Translations under genes and position numbers: made by a program | Notes under the pieces: model-generated | The model's database searches: none | What the model saw: only the letters and a program-made list of their open reading frames with translations | What the model was told of the DNA's origin: nothing | Source: Octopus sinensis | Taxonomy: Eukaryota | Direction: 5' to 3' | Length of the DNA stretch: 64,000 bases | Assembly (NCBI RefSeq): GCF_006345805.1 | Contig: NC_043014.1 | Coordinates: forward strand, 22,320,001 to 22,384,000 | Part shown: positions 55,880-64,000 of the stretch, in pieces | How positions within the stretch are numbered: the first letter of the stretch is position 1 | Layout: every line of letters starts with the position of its first letter

Positions 55880-57260
55880 ACCTTGAGGCACCTCGATTCT
55901 TTGTTAGCTTTCCATGCCTGAAATTTACTCTCTAATTCCCCTTTTGATTTAGCTAGGCGTTCCCATTAACATCCAGTTTAAAATTATATGATGGTCTGTA
56001 GGAATTATGATGAATTGGAGAGGACTGAGAACTAAACTTTGGTGAACTACTACCTTCAGGTTAAATTTGTCATTGAAAACGTTGTTGACTCTCACAATAC
56101 TTACTTTATCTTTGTACATGACTTGTACATTCCTCACAAACCATTCGTCTACATTTAGTTTCCATGGTGATCACCAAAGTACTGAATGAGGTTCTTCTCA
56201 AACACCATCTTCAAGTCAACAAAATTCAGAAATAACATTTTATTGTTAGCCAAGTATTTATCTTTGCTTGAAAAATTGCTTATGTAGTGACAAAACCAAG
56301 CTGCATCTCATTTTGGTCTGTCATGGATCAGTTGTGCTATGACTCTCTCCATACCTTTCATAACCTGATGCAGTAGATCCTCTATAATTTCCTCTCTCTA
56401 AGGTATTTCCTTTGCTTTTATAGCAGTTTACAATGCTGATACTCTAACTAGTCATATGGTATGACACTTTCCTGTATAACTTGATTAACTATTCAAGTGG
56501 TGATTGCATATCCTACCTCACCAGATATTTTGAGTATCTCTATAACTATCCTTGATAAACCTGCAGCTTACCTTCTTTTCATGTCTTTAATGACTTTATC
56601 TACCAAGTTATTGTCAACTTGAATTGCTGGTCTGTCTGTTGGAGCCAGCATGAAGTAGTCCCTCTTTATCATGGGATAAAGAGGGACTACTTCATGCTGG
56701 CACACTCTACATTCAGCAGCCTTTCATAATAGCAATTCCACACCACTTTCTTGTTTTATATATCATAATACATATCATTCCAAATACACTTCTTGCCAGT
56801 AAAATCTCACATACAGTGTCATGATTTTGAACACTTCATGCTTCTGATCCTTTGTTGTAGGATATGTGCTAATCTCTCCCTTTGATCCTCATCCTTAGCC
56901 AAATATACCCATCACCTAGCTGCTCTTCTAGCTATTTGATAATGCTTCCTACAACCATCTTCCTTTCAGGCTTTTGAAGCCTGTCTCTTAGCCTTTACCA
57001 CCCTTTTTAACTATGTCATTCCATGTCCATTTTACCTTTGGTTAGCTTGGAACTTTACTCCAGCTGCATGTCTCATCTGTAGCTCTAAACAAGTTATCTC
57101 ATTGAAATTCTCAGTTGTCATCTATGCTACAAGTATCTAAATCTTTCTCCCTACAGTCATATGCATTGATTTGAATTTCTCTAAACCTATCTCAAATTGC
57201 AATATCTTTTAGTTTATATATAAATAAAAACATGTAGTTCTGCGCATGCATGTGATAGAA
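55880..57260 (-). mobile_element. Degenerate RTE LINE (RT region)
   Basis: Minus-strand traces: YERLLNVE, KGNTLERGNYRG, FVDLKMVF, VVVHQSLVLSPLQFII. Confidence 0.7.
56644..56701. repeat. Perfect 27-bp-stem hairpin with 4-nt loop
   Basis: gccagcatgaagtagtccctctttatc-atgg-gataaagagggactacttcatgctggc. Confidence 0.95.
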
Positions 57261-58230
57261 GTTGACTCAAAATTGTTAGAGCTGCCTTAAACAGTCAGTA
57301 AAGAACACTGTCAGAGGAAACATGACCAAGAGAAAGAAGCAGATGGTAGGTAGCAAGGTGTATGTTGTATGAATGCTAATAATAAATTCCACCACCCTCA
57401 ACACTTTATACCATTGACCATTGAAAGCAAACAATGTTGTGATGTGCATTTATTTTACATGACAGCCTATGCATCAACAAATTAGGCCATGAGTATGAAT
57501 AGACAACTAAAGTTGACACATGCAAAACTTGCCTACTGAAACATGTTCTCAAGATCTGATAATGTATATGACCATGTCTTGTTAACATGTTGCAAAGTGA
57601 AATCTATGGTGACAGCATATAAAAAGAGACTTCAAATGATGATGATGATGACAACAATATGCAATACTTGTACATAGATAATATCTTAGTTATCTAAAGC
57701 AGAAGAAAGATATGATATCATTAGATTTTCTTATTCAATCACTTGCAAAATCACCAAAAAAAAAGAAAGTAAATATTAAGATTATTACAAATGGTTGCAG
57801 TTCAAATATTGAATTGGTTTCACCCATCAGATTTTTATTCAAAATTACCCATTCTTATTGTGCACTTGACAGAAGCGTTACAGTGCTAAACCAAAAATCT
57901 AGTGGTGTTTCATCTTGCTCTTCACTGTCTGAGTACAAATCCTACTGAGTTTAACTTTGCCTTTCACCCTTTTGGGGTCAATTAAATAAAATACCAGTCA
58001 AGTACTGGGATTAATGTTATCAACTTCACACATACACACATGCATAAGGGAGAAAAGAGAGAGAGGCTGGACAGGAAATGTTTTATCTAGTAAGTAAAAC
58101 CTTGAGTATGGCTCAATCTCATCAGGCACAGTATCACATTGATTCTATATGGGAATTACATGAAGAATGAAAGCATCTGTGGAATTTTTCATTATGATAC
58201 AGTAAGCGGATAGCAAGTACTATTGATTGA

Positions 58231-58509
<279 letters not shown>

Positions 58510-58599
58510 TAGCTCTGATTAACATAATACATAGACCCCCACCTCATACTGCATGTTACTCTCCTAATTAATATACACTCTATTTCATTCTGCTTGTCA

Positions 58600-59080
58600 T
58601 CATCAGCATCATCATCATTGTTTAACATCTTCCTTCCATGCAGGCATGGGTTGGACAGTTTGATAGGAGCTGACTATGTAGAATACCCCAGGCTACTGTG
58701 TCTATTTTAGCAGGTTTTTACGGCTGGATGCCCTTCCAAATGCCAACCACTTTACCATGGGAACTGGATGCATTTTACATGGCACCAGCACTGGCAGGGT
58801 CACCAAGTAATTTGCAAGACAAGGAATTTTGTGAGGAGGGGACCTTGTGTAGGATGATGTAAGATTAGAGTGTGACAGAGAGGCAGAAATGGGTGTCTTG
58901 CTATAGAGGAGGGAACATTGGAAAAGGTTTATCATGTGCCATGATGAAAGTGCCAGAGTATACTCACAGGTAACAAGCATCAGAGCATAGATGAGATGGT
59001 AGAGTAAGGAAGACAGAGATAAACGGTGGCAATTGCCAGGGCATGCCCTCAAGGTACAGGGATCATAATATACATGGCCA
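58600..59080 (-). mobile_element. (GAT)n-tailed repeat / LINE 3' end
   Basis: Shares ctggatgcccttcc...gccaaccac with the family. Confidence 0.55.
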
Positions 59081-59385
59081 GGTATTTCCTAGAAGGCAAG
59101 AGTAGGGAGTGGAGATTGCAGCAACTGTCCTAATTTACATTCATTCTACATCTCTCTGCTCTAGGTCTCATGCACTCCTCTTTGTGCATACTCATACAAA
59201 CAATATATATTTGTATGCACAGACAATGTGCACATACAAGCACACACGCACATACACACACACATTCAAAGATACCCAAAATATTGATTTTCTTTTGTTT
59301 ATGATTCATTAATTGTTTAATTGTAGAGATTTTCTGAGTTACTCTGGATTTCTCTCTTAGTAATTACAGTCATTACCTCAGTTGA

Positions 59386-59694
<309 letters not shown>

Positions 59695-60270
59695 TAACCT
59701 ATTCCATTGTGTACCTAGTGAGTGAGTCACCAGTTACCTAGTTACATTCCATCTTGCTCTAGACCCACATTTCCATACAGTTGTTGTTGTTTAACTTGCA
59801 TATCAGCTCCAGTTAAGCAGTACTATGATGAAAACTATTTCAGCTATGACCATCATTGCCTTTTTCTAATGGCTTTGCCTGACTCCAGACTATTAGCCAG
59901 GAAATTTGGCTGCTATTTCTAACAGTTCAAAAGACCTTATAGAGAGTGTCGTATTGGTTTTACCTGGATATACAGGTCAGATGTCCTTAACAAGTGAATG
60001 TACAGTTTTAAAAGCAATGTTCTAGTTAAAGACTGTTCAATGAGGACCCAGTGAAAGTATAACAGAATGATAACAATGAAAGTTTAAACTTGAAGTGGTT
60101 TGCTTGGATGTGTGAATAATTCTGGTTCTCTTTGTAACAACTCCCTATTTAACTTTACCAGTTCTTTTGTCCATGGTGCTTAGTCCCCTTCATGCCTATT
60201 CCAATACAATATCAGAACCTTCTGAAATATTTTGTCTTGAGTTGGTATTTTCCACACTGTGATGTCTGAT

Positions 60271-60564
60271 CAGAGTTTCTCAACCATTTTTACCTATGGA
60301 CCTCTCATAGCCATTCAATGCTTAAAAACTAATTTTGTAGATACTACTTTCAAAATTGCTAATTTGTTATTCACACATTTACTTGTATAGGTTGAACAAT
60401 GTGAAATGTAAGAGAAAGAAACCTAGCCATTTCTTGCAAAGCATACATTTAAATCAAAACTTTTCATAGACCCTTAAAATACTACTGTGGCTCCCTATTT
60501 TACTATTTTGCTAGTGTGGACCCTTCCACCAAAATCTTATATGGATCCCAGTTGAGAACCACTG
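60271..60564. mobile_element. hAT (Charlie-like) MITE
   Basis: TIR-like ends cagagtttctcaac and gttgagaaccactg; possible degenerate 8-bp TSD (5/8 match). Confidence 0.5.
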
Positions 60565-60911
60565 GGTTAGATAGACTTAGGCCATTTGAGAGCTAGGGAT
60601 TTTTGCAATGGACACAATATAGTTACTGGTGATAGGATATCAGCCACTAACCAAGCACCTGATTGTGCTTTTACATGGCAGCACATGGGCACTTTTATGT
60701 GGTACCGGCACAGGACTCTTGCAGGTCAGTCCTCACCACCAGGGGGATCAGTCTTAACAGTTCTGCTGCCCAACTCCTGAGCTTCACTTATAAGTCTTTG
60801 GTTGATCTGAAGCTATCATAGAAAATACTTCTATTCACAGCCATGTCCATGTGGTTAAGAAGTTTACTTAATTGTTTAATTACATACTTGATTTTTTTTT
60901 CTTTTTTGTAG

Positions 60912-61352
<441 letters not shown>

Positions 61353-61440
61353 TGATTTTTCTCCCTTCCTCTCTTTGTCATTCTCTCTCTCTCTCTTCTG
61401 TCTCTCTTTTGTTCTTTCTTTGTTAGTTTAATCATTATGA

Positions 61441-61977
<537 letters not shown>

Positions 61978-63679
61978 TAAATGACTTGAAGTTTATGCTC
62001 TTCTTCATTTTTCAAATTTGCCAGCATTCCTGTCAGTTATCTCCTTGCTTTTACTACCTTCCTACTACTCTCACATCATTCAATGTTTACATTTCCACCT
62101 GCTGTTACTTAAATACTACACTGCCAGTAGTGCCAACACAGATCCTCTCTGATCACTTTCTTCAGCTTCTGGATTTTATCCCTTTGCCTTTATTTTTCAT
62201 GGATTCTTTTCTTTCCTTTCCTTGTTCTTCTTTATTTTAGTTTTCATTTCTCCCACTATTCAAATTCTATACCTTTGGTGTTTCAAGAAACATTTCCAAC
62301 AAAGGGTTCTGCCCAAAACATTGAACACTACCTCTTCCTCATAACAAACCAATTTATTCCAGTTCGAAATCGCTTATGCTTGTTAATTACTAATACAGAC
62401 CATTGTTAGTTTCTTAAGACAAATAGTACTGCATTGTTTTATGCATGGCTACATGCAAATGAGCAGTAGGCTGGATCCTGTGAATTTTTTTAACCAAAGA
62501 ATCAAAAGTCACATCAGTCTTGTGAAAAACACTTATATTCTGTCATTTAGATTAATGTCCCCAACTATGGTTCTCTTATAATGTTAAGTTCACTACTGGA
62601 AGAAATCCAGTGATCCAAAGGAGATCGCCTCTATACAGCAGTTGTACTACTGAGAGAGGTTGAAATTCACTCCCTGGAGTGAAGAAAAGTCATGCAGTAA
62701 CATGTATTTATGTATCATATACAATTTTTTCCAGATTTTTAAATCTATATGTTTGGGGTGTATTCAAGTGCAACACCATATTTAATGTACATGGCTGGAA
62801 GTAAGCTATATCTATTGTCCAAGCTAAATAATGTGTAACTTGTCATTGTTTTTTCATTATAATAATAATACCTTTAAGTATGTCCATATCGGCAGTTGTA
62901 TCAATCAATGTCTAATTAAATATGCAAAATTTTTCTCATAAGTTTTGATATCAAGTAATCATAATAAAATTGACATTAATAGCATTAAAACACAGATTTT
63001 GTTTCTGAAGTAATTTGTACTGTAAATTCATACTATATATGTATGATATCTACACAGTTTATATGTCCTTCTTGATTACATTTTTAATATTGAATTGAAT
63101 ATTTGAAATATGTTTTTTCACTGCCTGAAAATTTAAAATACTGTTTCAATGTACTTACTGTCCTTAAAAAATTATTGAAAAATGAAAGACAAATTTTTTT
63201 CACAGTGGCATGATATTAAAAGAAAAATCAGTGCATATTATACATGAAAGATTTTGTTTGTTTGTTTTTTGGAATTTCTTAGCCCATAATTTGTGCTGCA
63301 CACTATATATGTATGCATATTATACAAATGTATACAGTAATTTATATCTAAATAATCTTGGAAATACTGACAGCCAATTTCCTCTGCTGTTTTATGTATC
63401 AGATGAAGAAGGATCACAATAAGTATTGACACATTGTGCTGAAGGAAACCTATCTGTTACTCATGTGCTCTTAATACTTATTGCCTCTGTGCAACTGCAG
63501 CATGTAAAGTCTTCCTCCTCTGTAAGCCAACCTGTAATTCAACTACACTTTTTGTGTCTATACACTGTAAATGGTCATTTCTATGATGGTAGAGTTCTGC
63601 TTTCTCTCCTAAAGTTGGGCTTTAGTCTTTGTTAAGTTTACTTCAATGCCTATCAATTCTAAGTTTTGTTCCTATATAT

Positions 63680-64000
63680 ATGTGAATAAAAGCTATGGAC
63701 ACATAAGAGGTGCAGCAATATCAGAGGAGGGTTAACAGTGAAAATAGCTTTTGTGTGTGGAAGATGCACAGGTACAATAAACATCAAAAATGTACAGAAA
63801 ATAGACTCCATCAATTGCCATGGGTACAAGCCAGAGATAGTAGACAGCTTCCGTTATCTAGGTGACCAAGTTAGTAGCGGAGTTGGATGTTCCAAGAGCA
63901 TAGCTGTGAGAATATGACTAGGCTGGGTAAAGTTCAGAGAGCTCCTACCTCTTCTGGCAACATAGGGCCTCTCCCTCAGAGTGAAATGCAGATTGTATGA
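63680..64000 (+). mobile_element. RTE LINE fragment, runs off the window
   Basis: EIVDSFRYLGDQVSSGVGCSKSI...GWVKFRELLPLL...LRVKCRLY. Confidence 0.8.

Noticed and set aside
63380-63425. Possible next CIC exon (ag|ATGAAGAAGG...)
   Set aside because: It hits a stop after six codons in the required phase, and the C1 domain must still follow

Overview
AT-rich, microsatellite-dense eukaryotic genomic DNA. It is probably octopus, inferred from the SINE/LINE families and simple-repeat load. The only host gene is capicua (CIC), long isoform, on the + strand. Nine coding exons (19178-61924) have canonical GT-AG sites and chain in frame to about 1,483 codons. They encode the CIC-L N-terminal domain with a C-x4-C-x9-C-x2-H motif, a polyQ tract, the ATXN1-binding motif, the RSK/14-3-3 site and the HMG box. 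The C-terminal C1 domain lies beyond the window, and an upstream 5'-UTR exon is implied but not located. The rest is transposon debris: a decayed Ty3/Gypsy element, R4/Dong and RTE LINE fragments, three DDD/E transposon families (mariner DD34D, Tc1-type DD36E, maT DD37D), non-autonomous Helitrons, a Helentron-like element and many tRNA-derived SINEs. The most notable unannotated signal is a set of four unrelated small non-coding elements carrying type I hammerhead ribozyme folds. Two are 1.3-1.5-mer direct-repeat elements with 365 and 353 bp monomers in (TA)n, resembling retrozymes or Penelope pLTRs. One is a palindrome with a hammerhead-like core in each arm, and one is a decayed copy. In the 353-bp element the 5' boundary lies 4 nt from the predicted self-cleavage site. 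All calls were made by eye, with no database searches or folding programs.
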